From a virus (taxonomy: Duplodnaviria > Caudoviricetes), in the IMG/VR virus record IMGVR_UViG_3300037423_000201, positions 1 to 27,746 of that record: a stretch of 27,746 nt of DNA, one strand, 5' to 3'. Position 1 is the stretch's first letter. The number at the start of each line of letters is the position of its first letter. Of the stretch, positions 16,332 through 25,324 are shown in pieces. The notes under the pieces were generated by a model. The model searched no databases. It had not been told where the DNA came from and saw only the letters and a program-made list of their open reading frames with translations. The position numbers and the translations under genes were made by a program.

Positions 16332-18355
16332 GCGACATTTATTCGATGTCGAGCCCGACCTACACCGGGCTGTCAAAGCTCGATCTGCTGGACTCGGCCA
16401 TGAGCCAGCCGCTCAGCCTGACATCGACGCTGTGGCAGGAAGGCAAGGGCGGAGCGCTGGAGAGTTTCGGCCTCGGCACGGCCTTGCGCTATGGCACTTT
16501 GCCGGAACAGGCCCCGGTGCAGGAAGGCACGGACGAAAACGGCAACGCCATCGTTGGACCGGGGCAGGTCTATGTTCCGCCGGATGTTGGCATGAGCGAT
16601 GCCCTCATGGGCAATTGGGGCGATACGCCGGCACAACTGGAACAGCGCCGGCAACAGGCCGGAGCGCTGACGGAGGACCAATACAAAGCGTCTCCGTCCT
16701 ATCGCAAGGATATTCCCTACGATCCGGGGATGACGGAAACCAGGGCCGCCGCACTGGCTGCGATGGACGATGCCAAGAAGGTGCGCGAGTTCTATGCGCA
16801 GAAGCGGCCTCTCGCTGCGTTCCTTGGCTCCATGGCAGGGCAGGCGCTTGACCCGATCAACTACATCCCGGTCGGAGGGGCTGCCGTAAAAGCCGCCGCC
16901 ATCGGGCGCTTCGGCCGTATCGGCGGCGAGGCATTGGCCGCTGGTCTTGATGCTGCCGCGAATACAGCAGTCTTCGGCCTTGGCACCGCAGGCATGCGCG
17001 CGCAGCTGGGCGACGATGTGTCGTGGCAGGCACTGATTTCGCAGATCGCCACGGCGGGCCTTATCGGCTCGGCCTTCGGAACCATTCACGGAGCCATAGG
17101 GAGCCGCGTGGACGCGCGCTTGATGTCAGAGGCAGAACAGCGCCTCGCGACGCTGCAAACCACTCAGGAGGCCCGCATTGCCCTGAACGAGGGCATTGAC
17201 GCGCTTGTCCGTGGTGAAGATGTCAATCTGTCGCCAAACTCGACGGAGCCGCTGCAGCGCATCGTAGACGATATCGCTACCCATGGCCCACCGCCGCAGG
17301 AAGTGGCAAACTCCATTGTCAACACGCCCGCTTCGGCGGGCTTTTCTTTGGACCCCAACGCCACCTTCTACCATGGTGGCAGGGCAGACCTACAGGAATT
17401 CACAGACGCTTTCCGCCGCGACGGCACGCCCAAGGACAAGTACGACGTTCGTGGCATCTATGTCACGGAGAACCGTCGGTTGGCGGAGCAGTATGTCGGC
17501 AAGGACGGCAAAGTTCACGAAGTTCAGATTGACGCCAAGAACCCTGTCGTTCTGCCCGACCCGCGCTTCCCTGAAATCGACTCTGCATCACTCACCGCGA
17601 AGGACATCGAAAAGCTCAAGGCCGCAGGATACGATTCTGTCATTAACAAAGACAGGATGGAAGTTGCCCTTTTCGAAGGCAAGCAAGTCAGCCACAAGGC
17701 GCTAATTGCAAAGCAGCCAAGCTATGAACTGGTGCGGGCAGATCACGGCGATATGGGGTTGCCGGAACCTAAGCCTGGGGTAGACGAAAGGGTCTATGCT
17801 ATCCATCGCGATGGCGAGCCAGTTGGCTATGCCAATATCGAGATGCGAGGCGACCAGGCCTACGTCAAAGACATCTATAACACCGACACCCTAGACACCA
17901 CGAACTCCCTTGGCACATCTGCAGTAGCCCAACTTTTGAGGCAGTTCGTCAAGGAAAACCCCGGCGTAAGAGTCCTTGCCGGCGAGAGGGTGAGCGGCGC
18001 CCGGCGGGGCGGCATTCATGGGCTGGCCGGTACAGGCGAACACATTGCCCTGACGCTGCCAAGAACCCGCACGGCAATCGACACCGCCAAGCCAGCGCCG
18101 GAAACACGCCCAGAAGGCATCAAGCAGGCCGAGGCAAGCGTAGCCAAGCCGGAAGACACCAAGGCTCTCGCCGCTCAGTATAGCGTTGATCCGGCAACGG
18201 GGGCCTTTCCAGAGGAAGCGCAAGTGGCGCAACTTGCTACAGAAGGCCGCTTGACGCCAGACGATGCCGTGAACCTAGCGCAGGCGGAAGCGGACTATCA
18301 TGCGGGCGCGTCGTTCGGCGAAGCTCTCAAGTCAATTGTCGGGTGCCTTATCTGA
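16328..18355 (+). CDS. ejection protein with inserted ADP-ribosyltransferase-like and GNAT-like domains
   Basis: 675 aa, GTGA overlap. G...DPINYIP followed by Gly/Ala hydrophobic helices typical of ejection proteins, then FYHGG, GIYVT....A.QY, GYDSV....E...F, then a beta-beta-beta-alpha GNAT-like segment. Confidence 0.75.
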   Translation: MSDIYSMSSPTYTGLSKLDLLDSAMSQPLSLTSTLWQEGKGGALESFGLGTALRYGTLPEQAPVQEGTDENGNAIVGPGQVYVPPDVGMSDALMGNWGDTPAQLEQRRQQAGALTEDQYKASPSYRKDIPYDPGMTETRAAALAAMDDAKKVREFYAQKRPLAAFLGSMAGQALDPINYIPVGGAAVKAAAIGRFGRIGGEALAAGLDAAANTAVFGLGTAGMRAQLGDDVSWQALISQIATAGLIGSAFGTIHGAIGSRVDARLMSEAEQRLATLQTTQEARIALNEGIDALVRGEDVNLSPNSTEPLQRIVDDIATHGPPPQEVANSIVNTPASAGFSLDPNATFYHGGRADLQEFTDAFRRDGTPKDKYDVRGIYVTENRRLAEQYVGKDGKVHEVQIDAKNPVVLPDPRFPEIDSASLTAKDIEKLKAAGYDSVINKDRMEVALFEGKQVSHKALIAKQPSYELVRADHGDMGLPEPKPGVDERVYAIHRDGEPVGYANIEMRGDQAYVKDIYNTDTLDTTNSLGTSAVAQLLRQFVKENPGVRVLAGERVSGARRGGIHGLAGTGEHIALTLPRTRTAIDTAKPAPETRPEGIKQAEASVAKPEDTKALAAQYSVDPATGAFPEEAQVAQLATEGRLTPDDAVNLAQAEADYHAGASFGEALKSIVGCLI

Positions 18356-20883
18356 TGAAAATCCGCTACAAGATGGGCGCCGACTGCTTCAACGCTGCCA
18401 ACGCGGCTTCGGGCGAACAGCTCAACCGTGAGGACATCGAGGCAGCCTTCCAGCGCATGGCCGAGTACAAGGCCAGCCTTCAGGCTTCCGGCGATATCAC
18501 CAATATGGGCGACAAGTTGCGCTCCTTCGCCGAACGTGAGGCAGAGCGCACCAAGATTGCTGCGGCCATGCAGCGCCGGCATGCGGCCTTGAACATCCTG
18601 GTGCGCGACCGGCTGGACAAGACGCTTCAAGGCTTCCTTGCCGCTGGACTAACCCCTAAGCGCGCCTTGCTGGCTGTGCTGGAAGGGACATCGAAGGGCG
18701 TTGAGAATGGCCGCAATTCGGTCGGCGCGCTCAACCTCGCCTATGAGGCCCGCTATATCGGCGATATGTTCGCGGAGATCCAGGCGCATTCGGAGCATCT
18801 CGTCCATGCTTTGCGCGATCCGCGTCTCGATGCCGATATCGCAAGGGAAATGGCGGAACTGAGGGACGGCGGCAAACCCGGCATCACCGGCAACAAGGAC
18901 GCTCAATACGTCGCCAAGGTCTTCTCCACCTATGCGGAGATGAGCCGCACCGACCTGAACAAACTCGGGGCATCGATCGGTAAGCTCGACGGCTGGTCGG
19001 GTGCCCAGACGCATGACGATATCAAGATGATCGCGGCCGGCAAGGACGCATGGATTGCCTCCGTGCTGCCGAAACTGGACATCGCCAAGACCTTCCCCGA
19101 CCTGACATCTGTCAAGGAAGCGGAAGACGCGCTCAGCGGCATCTACGACACCATCGTCACGGGCCTGCCGAACAAGCCGACGCCTCGCGAGATCGGACAA
19201 CGTGTTTCTCCGGCCAATCTGGCGAAGTCGCTCGGCAAGTCCCGCGTGCTGCATTTCAAGGATGCTGAATCAGCCTTGGCCTACCGCGACCAGTTCGGCT
19301 ACGGCAACACTGTTTCGGGCATTATTGCGCATCTCCGTTCCGCCTCACGCATGGCGGCCAACATGGAAGCGCTCGGGCCAAACCCGGAAGTCATGTATGG
19401 CGCTGTTGTCGAGGGCCTGAAGCGAGCGATCAAGGAAAATCCGAACCTCTCGCCGGCCGAGAAGACCAAGCAGATGAAGGGTCTCACCATCGACGGCGGG
19501 GCGCTGCGTCATGCGCTGGACATCTCGACAGGCTTGGTCTCTCGCCCGGTCGATGTGAACGGCGCCAAGATCGGCTCCGACATCCGCGCCGTGCAATCGA
19601 TGGCTAAGCTTGGCGGCGCCATCTGGTCGTCCATGTCGGATACCGTGACGGCCGGGCTTGCCTCACAGTTCCGTGGCTCCGGCTTCCTCCGTGGCTTCGT
19701 CGCTCAGATCGACGGCATCATGCATGGCCGCCCGAAGAAAGAGCAGGCAGAGATTTCGTATTTGCTGGGCGAGGGGTTTGACGGACTGATTGGTCACATC
19801 GTTTCCCCGGCGGCTGCGGTGGATGGGCCGGTCGGCAAGCTATCCAAGATGCAGGAGACGTTCTTCCGCTGGAATGGCCTATCCTGGTGGACAGACATCA
19901 TGCGGGCTTCGGCGGGGCGCATGATCTCGTCAGAGATGGGCATGAGGGCCAAGACTGCCTTCGCCGATCTGCCGGCGAATTACCGCCATGTGCTCGGCCT
20001 GCACGGCATTACAGAACCGAAGTGGGAAGCAATCCGCAAGGCGCAGTTCCGTGAGCTTAATGGCAACACGTACGTCACGCCTGAGAAGATGCGCGATCTC
20101 CCGGATGAGGCTGTAGCCGGTCTTGGCAAGGATGCTGACGCGGCGCGCCATGATCTGGAAATGTCCCTGCGCCGCTTCTTCGCCGATGAAACCTCGTATG
20201 GTGTGATTGAGACCGACGCCCGTTCGCGCCGCACCACGACGCTCGGCACCAGGCCCGGCACGATCGCGGGTGAGGGCATCCGCTTCATTATGCAGTTCAA
20301 GGGCTTCCCGATCGCCTTCGCGCAGCGCACGATGGGCAGGGCTGCATTCGGCTTCAGACAGGGTGCCAAGCTCGATCAGGTAGCCCACATCGGTACTATG
20401 CTCGCCGGCCTTACCATGGCTGGCTATGCGGCAATGACCATGAAGGATTTGACCCGTGGCTATTGGCCGCCTCGCGATCCGACCGACCCGCATACATGGG
20501 GCGCAGCCTTCGTCCAAGGTGGTGCGGCCGGCATCTACGGCGATTATCTCTTCAGCCGCGTCAACCGCTTCGGCGGGGGGCCGCTGGAAACGGCTCTCGG
20601 CCCGACGATCGGCGCAGGCTCCGGTCTGGTGGATCTGATCCTCAAGGCCCGCGATGCGTCGGTGAGTTCGGATGAACAGGTGAAGCTCGCGGACTGGCTG
20701 AACTACGCCACGCAGAACACGCCGTTCGTGAACCTCTATTATGTGCGGCCGGCGCTGGATTTCCTGTTCCTGAACTCGCTGCATGAAGTGGCAACGCCAG
20801 GCTACATCCGAAAGACGGAATCCAAGCGGCAATCGCAATACGGCCAAAAGCTGATGATCAAGCCGCTGCAGCCGTTTCAGTAG
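18355..20883 (+). CDS. large internal virion/ejection protein
   Basis: 842 aa from ATG 18355 (TGATG overlap); helical; QFK.FPIA, a hydrophobic segment, GG..GI.GD and LGP in the C-terminal part, as in the last ejection protein of podoviruses. Confidence 0.8.
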   Translation: MKIRYKMGADCFNAANAASGEQLNREDIEAAFQRMAEYKASLQASGDITNMGDKLRSFAEREAERTKIAAAMQRRHAALNILVRDRLDKTLQGFLAAGLTPKRALLAVLEGTSKGVENGRNSVGALNLAYEARYIGDMFAEIQAHSEHLVHALRDPRLDADIAREMAELRDGGKPGITGNKDAQYVAKVFSTYAEMSRTDLNKLGASIGKLDGWSGAQTHDDIKMIAAGKDAWIASVLPKLDIAKTFPDLTSVKEAEDALSGIYDTIVTGLPNKPTPREIGQRVSPANLAKSLGKSRVLHFKDAESALAYRDQFGYGNTVSGIIAHLRSASRMAANMEALGPNPEVMYGAVVEGLKRAIKENPNLSPAEKTKQMKGLTIDGGALRHALDISTGLVSRPVDVNGAKIGSDIRAVQSMAKLGGAIWSSMSDTVTAGLASQFRGSGFLRGFVAQIDGIMHGRPKKEQAEISYLLGEGFDGLIGHIVSPAAAVDGPVGKLSKMQETFFRWNGLSWWTDIMRASAGRMISSEMGMRAKTAFADLPANYRHVLGLHGITEPKWEAIRKAQFRELNGNTYVTPEKMRDLPDEAVAGLGKDADAARHDLEMSLRRFFADETSYGVIETDARSRRTTTLGTRPGTIAGEGIRFIMQFKGFPIAFAQRTMGRAAFGFRQGAKLDQVAHIGTMLAGLTMAGYAAMTMKDLTRGYWPPRDPTDPHTWGAAFVQGGAAGIYGDYLFSRVNRFGGGPLETALGPTIGAGSGLVDLILKARDASVSSDEQVKLADWLNYATQNTPFVNLYYVRPALDFLFLNSLHEVATPGYIRKTESKRQSQYGQKLMIKPLQPFQ

Positions 20884-21056
20884 GAATGGTCTAGGGAAAC
20901 CAGCGCGGCAAGCACAGCGGCAACCGCAAACGGCCCCAGCCAAACGGCGAGGAAATAGCCGAAGCCTTTAGCCTTACCCGTCGTCCAGACATAGATGCCG
21001 AAGACGAATGCCAGCGTCCAGGCGATGAATATCGCGATTGCAGCGGTCTGGTTCAA
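20877..21056 (-). CDS. small two-TM membrane protein, 59 aa
   Basis: TTG start overlapping the upstream TGA (TTGA on the minus strand); two hydrophobic stretches, AAIAIFIAWTLAFVFGIYVW and FGYFLAVWLGPFAVAAVLAALV. Confidence 0.6.
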   Translation of the reverse strand: MNQTAAIAIFIAWTLAFVFGIYVWTTGKAKGFGYFLAVWLGPFAVAAVLAALVSLDHSY

Positions 21057-21241
21057 CGGCGCAGGAACCGCAGCCGGAAGCCAACAAGACCACCGACCAA
21101 TGCCCATGGTCCAGGCTTCGGTGTGCCGAACCAGTAGCCAAAGCTCAGGCCGTCAGCTTGGGCGAAGTATCCGACTATCACGAAGACTACCGCGCCGATT
21201 AGCGCGGCAATGATGAACTCAGCGGCCGTTCTTTCAACCAT
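21053..21241 (-). CDS. small membrane protein, 62 aa
   Basis: ATG 21241 with GGAG and GAG upstream on the minus strand; FIIAALIGAVVFVIVGYF, WALVGGLVGF and a basic tail. Confidence 0.6.
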   Translation of the reverse strand: MVERTAAEFIIAALIGAVVFVIVGYFAQADGLSFGYWFGTPKPGPWALVGGLVGFRLRFLRR

Positions 21242-21278
21242 GGCCGCGCACTCAACTCCAAAACTCAAGATTTCGCAA

Positions 21279-21304
21279 GGCCGCTCCTTTCGGGGCGGCT
21301 TTTC
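21279..21304 (+). terminator. intrinsic terminator upstream of the tail fibre gene
   Basis: GGCCGCTCC-TTTC-GGGGCGGCT stem-loop followed by a T run. Confidence 0.75.
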
Positions 21305-21321
21305 TCATGGAGCTTGCCGAA

Positions 21322-23646
21322 GTGACCAGCATCCAGATTGATCGCAACGATGGGCTGTCCAGTTCGACCGCCATCAAAGGCCCGGTGAAGGCCGCGACCA
21401 CGGCCAATATCACGCTTTCGGGCGAGCAGACCATCGACGGTGTTGCGGTGGTGACGGATGACCGCGTGCTGGTGAAAGACCAGACCAAAGCGGTGGATAA
21501 CGGCATTTGGAAAGTTTCCACCGGGGTATGGTCGCGCGCCAAGGATTTTTCCAGCAACCGCGATGTCAGATGCGGGACCGTAGTCAATGTTGTCGGCGGC
21601 ACGGTCGGCAGCGGCCAATGGCAGCTTACCACTTCCGATCCCATCACCATTGGCTCAACCAGCCTGACGTTCCAGCGCCTCGTCCTGTCAGCAAGTCAGT
21701 TGATAGATGAAGATGATATGGCGTCGAACAGCGCGACGAAAGTTCCATCGCAACAGAGCGTCAAGGCATATGTGGATAGTTCCAGCCTGGTGAATGCCAG
21801 GGTGTACGGTGCGTCGCCTAGCAACACAGCAGCGCAGAACGACGCTGCGTTTGATGCCATAGACGCTATAGGCTCTGCTACGCTAGGCCCCATTTTCCTC
21901 GCCGCCGGCACATACCAGACGAACAAAACCCCGTATCAATTGCTCAACACGGTATTCGCTGGCCCCGGCAAAGTGGAGATGAGTGGGTACGCTCAAGCCC
22001 CTCGGCGGAGCATGATGTCTACATACCCTGGGACGCCAGACGACGACCATCTAAAAACCTTTGATGGGCTTACCGAGAAAACCCTTACACAGATGTATTC
22101 GTTTGTAGGGTCCGCTGTGGGGTCGGCCTCTACCGGCCTCGATACCTATCAGACGCTCACGGGGGCGGCGCAAGAATTCAAGATCTTCGAATTTACTGGT
22201 GGCCATAACCCGCGCACCGGAGACAACAGGGATCGAAGTGGAGCGGCCAGGGCGTTCCATCGCCTCTATCACGGAGGCATGGGCGATATCATTGATACGC
22301 AATTCCACATTACCATGTACGGAACCCTGCCAGGGCAAACGCATTTCCTGGCCGGGCCGGCAGCGGCAGCCTTCAATGGCGGGGTCGATACCACTGCCGC
22401 CGGGGCCTATCTGCAATTCTACGAGATGGGCTTCAACGACAATGGCTACGAAGCGGCGGCGGTCCCGCGCGTTATCAATCTGTACCGGACTAATGCCGGT
22501 ACAACGTTCGGCTCCGTCTGGATCGGTGATCGCGTCCAATCCGGCGGCACGCAGGCAATCGACGCATTCTATGCACCGTCCGGTGCTGCGAAGCGTGGGT
22601 TTGATGTCACTGCGGCCACTTTCGACGCCAACAAGGCGGCATTCGCTTTAAAGCAAGACGATCGTATCTATCTGAACTCTTCATCGGCCGCCGACACAAC
22701 CGGCGCGAAGTGGTACGCCACCACTGTTGGAACGGAGTATATCACTTTTTCCAGCGCCAACTCCGCCATAGAGCTGATGGTCGGGGGAGTGCAGGCAGCT
22801 CAGTTCAAGAAGTCCACAACGCCAGTTAATTGGGTTTCTTTCACGAGCGCCGACACGGCAACCTCGCCGCTCGTCCAGGCCGCTGGCGGCGACACCAATG
22901 TTGGCCTACGTCTGGCGGCCAAAGGCACCGGCTCGATCTCCTTGCTGACTGGCTCGCTAGAGCAGGTTCGCGTTGTCAACGTCGCCTCTGCGGTCAACTA
23001 TCTTGATCTGCGTGGTGCCGCCACAGCAGCGGCACCGATCTTGCGCGCAGAGGGCTCCGACACGAATATTGGACTGACCCTTCAGTCAAAGGGGACTGGC
23101 GCCGTTCTACTTAACCCGAACGGATTACCAGCGCTCAGCGTGAGCGCCTCCAGCACTGCGGTCAACTATATGACGCTCGCCGCCTCGGCTACCGGGCTGG
23201 CGCCAACATTCTTGGCGGCAGGGTCTGATTCCGACGTAGGAATTAGTATCCTCGCAAAAGGCAATGGCACCATTCTGTTCGCCACCGGCGCAAGCGCGGC
23301 CAATATCCAATTCCAGATCGGCACGGTCGCAACGCCCGTGAACCGTTTCCGGGCAGACGGTAGCGCGACCGGAGTGACACCAGTGCTCGTTACCGCTGGG
23401 TCAGACACCAACATAACTGGTGTAGTGAGAGGCAAGGGGACGGGCGGCGTTCAACTCCAGGACGGTGGTGCAGCTACGAAGATCGCCTGCAACACAACAG
23501 GCATTGGCTTCTTTGCCACCGCTCCCGTTGCGAAACAGACGGTTGGCGCGGCTCTGAGCACGGGTGGCGCAGAAACCAACACCAACCTCGCGACGCGCAT
23601 TAACGAAATTCGGGCCGCGCTGATCGCCTATGGTCTGGCAGCATAA
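21322..23646 (+). CDS. tail fibre / tailspike receptor-binding protein
   Basis: N-terminal VKAATTANITLSG.QTIDGV..DRVLVKDQT..NGIW domain; VN...YGA...NDAAF...IFL.AGTY beta-helix entry motif; four C-terminal repeats. GTG 21322 (GGAG at 21309-21312) preferred to ATG 21307. Confidence 0.85.
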   Translation: MTSIQIDRNDGLSSSTAIKGPVKAATTANITLSGEQTIDGVAVVTDDRVLVKDQTKAVDNGIWKVSTGVWSRAKDFSSNRDVRCGTVVNVVGGTVGSGQWQLTTSDPITIGSTSLTFQRLVLSASQLIDEDDMASNSATKVPSQQSVKAYVDSSSLVNARVYGASPSNTAAQNDAAFDAIDAIGSATLGPIFLAAGTYQTNKTPYQLLNTVFAGPGKVEMSGYAQAPRRSMMSTYPGTPDDDHLKTFDGLTEKTLTQMYSFVGSAVGSASTGLDTYQTLTGAAQEFKIFEFTGGHNPRTGDNRDRSGAARAFHRLYHGGMGDIIDTQFHITMYGTLPGQTHFLAGPAAAAFNGGVDTTAAGAYLQFYEMGFNDNGYEAAAVPRVINLYRTNAGTTFGSVWIGDRVQSGGTQAIDAFYAPSGAAKRGFDVTAATFDANKAAFALKQDDRIYLNSSSAADTTGAKWYATTVGTEYITFSSANSAIELMVGGVQAAQFKKSTTPVNWVSFTSADTATSPLVQAAGGDTNVGLRLAAKGTGSISLLTGSLEQVRVVNVASAVNYLDLRGAATAAAPILRAEGSDTNIGLTLQSKGTGAVLLNPNGLPALSVSASSTAVNYMTLAASATGLAPTFLAAGSDSDVGISILAKGNGTILFATGASAANIQFQIGTVATPVNRFRADGSATGVTPVLVTAGSDTNITGVVRGKGTGGVQLQDGGAATKIACNTTGIGFFATAPVAKQTVGAALSTGGAETNTNLATRINEIRAALIAYGLAA
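22825..23457 (+). repeat. four degenerate 56-59 aa repeats in the fibre C-terminus
   Basis: Consensus VN......A.T...P...A.GSD.N.G.....KG.G...L, with units starting at 22825, 22993, 23161 and 23338 (spacing 168, 168, 177 nt). Confidence 0.85.
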
Positions 23647-23655
23647 GGATTGCTT

Positions 23656-23832
23656 ATGGAATACGTCCTCAAATTAAATGAGCAACAGATTACCATCATC
23701 GGTGCGGCATTGGCAGAGATGCCATTCAAGGTAGCCCAGCCGGTGCTGGCAGCTATTCAAGCGCAGATCGACAACGCCGCACCGACCAACGAGCAGGAAT
23801 CTCCTACGTCAGAAGGCCGAGCGGCCACCTGA
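23656..23832 (+). CDS. small protein after the fibre, possible fibre assembly chaperone, 58 aa
   Basis: ATG 23656 with AAGGA upstream; L.LNEQQ..II..AL.EMPFK.A.P....I..Q pattern often seen downstream of fibre genes. Confidence 0.65.
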   Translation: MEYVLKLNEQQITIIGAALAEMPFKVAQPVLAAIQAQIDNAAPTNEQESPTSEGRAAT

Positions 23833-23837
23833 ACCGT

Positions 23838-24494
23838 TCACATCGCCGCCGTTTGCGCTGCCTGCCGGCGACCCTGGGGCCGCTTTTCAAAGACAACAAT
23901 ACTGTCGTAGACAGCGATGTAGTCAGTCGTTCGCGTAAAGTCGCTGACAGGCAGCTTTCCGCCCGTGTAATGGGCATTTAGCTCGTCCATCTTGTCCTTG
24001 ACGAATTCCATGAAGGTGCCAGGGCGTTTTAGCCCTCCCTCGTACTCGTCAAGGTAAGCCGTATGCAGATCTTCCGCGAGATAGACGCCGTTCGGGGCCA
24101 CCTTGTCGTAGAGCAGTTCGAAGCTCTTCACCAAGTGCCGCATGATGTGGCTGCCGTCGTCAATGATGACATCGAAGTAGCCATATTTCTTGATGATCTC
24201 GGCTATCAGAGATGGGTCATCTTGACTGCCAATGAAGACCTCAACGTCAGGGCCTTCGTGGGCTTTGCAAGACGGCTCGATGTCGATGCCGACTATCCGA
24301 ACACCAGGGCCAAAGTAGGCCTTCCACATTTGGAGCGAACCGCCTCCAGACACTCCGATTTCGAGAATTTGCGGGCACTGGTCGCGGAAGCGCTCGAAGT
24401 GCCGTTCGTAGATATCAAAGTAGTGGAACCACTTATGCAGCAGCTTGTCGCCGTTGTTTAGAAAATACTGATGCAGAAAGCCGCTGCCAGCCAT
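23838..24494 (-). CDS. class I SAM-dependent methyltransferase, sugar O-methyltransferase-like (MycE/TylE-type motifs)
   Basis: HKW.HY...Y, ILEIGV.GGGSL.MW..YF, IVGIDI, G.QDD, FDVIIDDGSH and GVY..ED. Start reassigned to ATG 24494 (AAGGAAAGGG upstream), 218 aa. Confidence 0.88.
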   Translation of the reverse strand: MAGSGFLHQYFLNNGDKLLHKWFHYFDIYERHFERFRDQCPQILEIGVSGGGSLQMWKAYFGPGVRIVGIDIEPSCKAHEGPDVEVFIGSQDDPSLIAEIIKKYGYFDVIIDDGSHIMRHLVKSFELLYDKVAPNGVYLAEDLHTAYLDEYEGGLKRPGTFMEFVKDKMDELNAHYTGGKLPVSDFTRTTDYIAVYDSIVVFEKRPQGRRQAAQTAAM

Positions 24495-24589
24495 GGAATA
24501 GTGCCCTTTCCTTAACGGGCATTTCCAAGACCACGGACCAGCGGCCTGGTCAACCGGAAAGATCAGATACACCAACCCAAGAGGCAACC

Positions 24590-25324
24590 ATGGACCGCAA
24601 CTTCGCGCGTTCCCTTTCGCTCGTTCTGCAGTACGAGGGCGGCTGGGCGGATAACCCTAAAGATCCCGGCGGCGCCACCATGAAGGGCATAACCCTTAGC
24701 ACCTTCCGCCGCTGGTTTCCGAAAGCCACCAAGGCCGATCTCAAGGCAATCTCGGATGAGAATGTCGCCACGATCTATCGCGCTGACTACTGGAAACCCA
24801 TCGGCGGCGACGCGCTGGCCTCCGGGGTCGATCTCGCCACGTTCGACGCATCCGTAAACTCTGGCGTCGGTCGCGGCAAGCAATGGCTCAATGCATCTGT
24901 CGGCGGCTCTGATGTCGAGACGGTCAAGCGCATCTGCGCCAAGCGTCTCAGCTTTATGCAGGGGCTCGCCATCTGGAAAACCTTCGGCAAGGGCTGGGCC
25001 AAGCGCGTTGCCGCCATCGAGGCCAAGGGCGTTGCGTGGGCAACCGCACTTCCTGGCAATGAAGCCGTGGTGAAGAAAACCCTCGAAAACGAGGCGACCA
25101 AAGCAGCCAACACGGCGAAGTGCCAAAAGGGCGCTGGCGGGGTGATCGCTGGTGGCGGAGCGGGCGCCACTCAAGCGCCGATCGAGCATTTCCAACACAC
25201 CGGTTCGCTCATCATCTTTCTCATCATCGTCGCTGCCGTCGCCAGCTTCCTGATCTACCGCGCATACATCAACCGCGAGCGCGCCAAGGCTTATGCCGCA
25301 GAGGCCGCAGGAGTTTCCCCATGA
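24590..25324 (+). CDS. endolysin, glycoside hydrolase family 108, with peptidoglycan-binding segment and C-terminal TM helix
   Basis: EGGW.DNPKDPGGATMKGIT, IY...YW, FDASVNSG, R..F....W..FGKGW..RV; hydrophobic LIIFLIIVAAVASFLIY near the C-terminus. Confidence 0.92.
   Translation: MDRNFARSLSLVLQYEGGWADNPKDPGGATMKGITLSTFRRWFPKATKADLKAISDENVATIYRADYWKPIGGDALASGVDLATFDASVNSGVGRGKQWLNASVGGSDVETVKRICAKRLSFMQGLAIWKTFGKGWAKRVAAIEAKGVAWATALPGNEAVVKKTLENEATKAANTAKCQKGAGGVIAGGGAGATQAPIEHFQHTGSLIIFLIIVAAVASFLIYRAYINRERAKAYAAEAAGVSP

Noticed and set aside
21322-24494. Diversity-generating retroelement, considered because of the BPP-1-like architecture
   Set aside because: No reverse transcriptase and no near-identical repeat pair differing only at adenines is visible. 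The fibre repeats are diverged at all bases. A DGR elsewhere in the genome cannot be excluded.
23838-24494. Methyltransferase as a DNA methylase or restriction-modification component
   Set aside because: No DPPY/NPPY or PCQ catalytic motif; the DDGSH motif points to a sugar or small-molecule O-methyltransferase.
24536-24551. GACCAG-CGGC-CTGGTC inverted repeat between the divergent methyltransferase and endolysin genes
   Set aside because: Only 6 bp per arm in GC-rich DNA, single occurrence, and no supportable promoter elements; could be chance.
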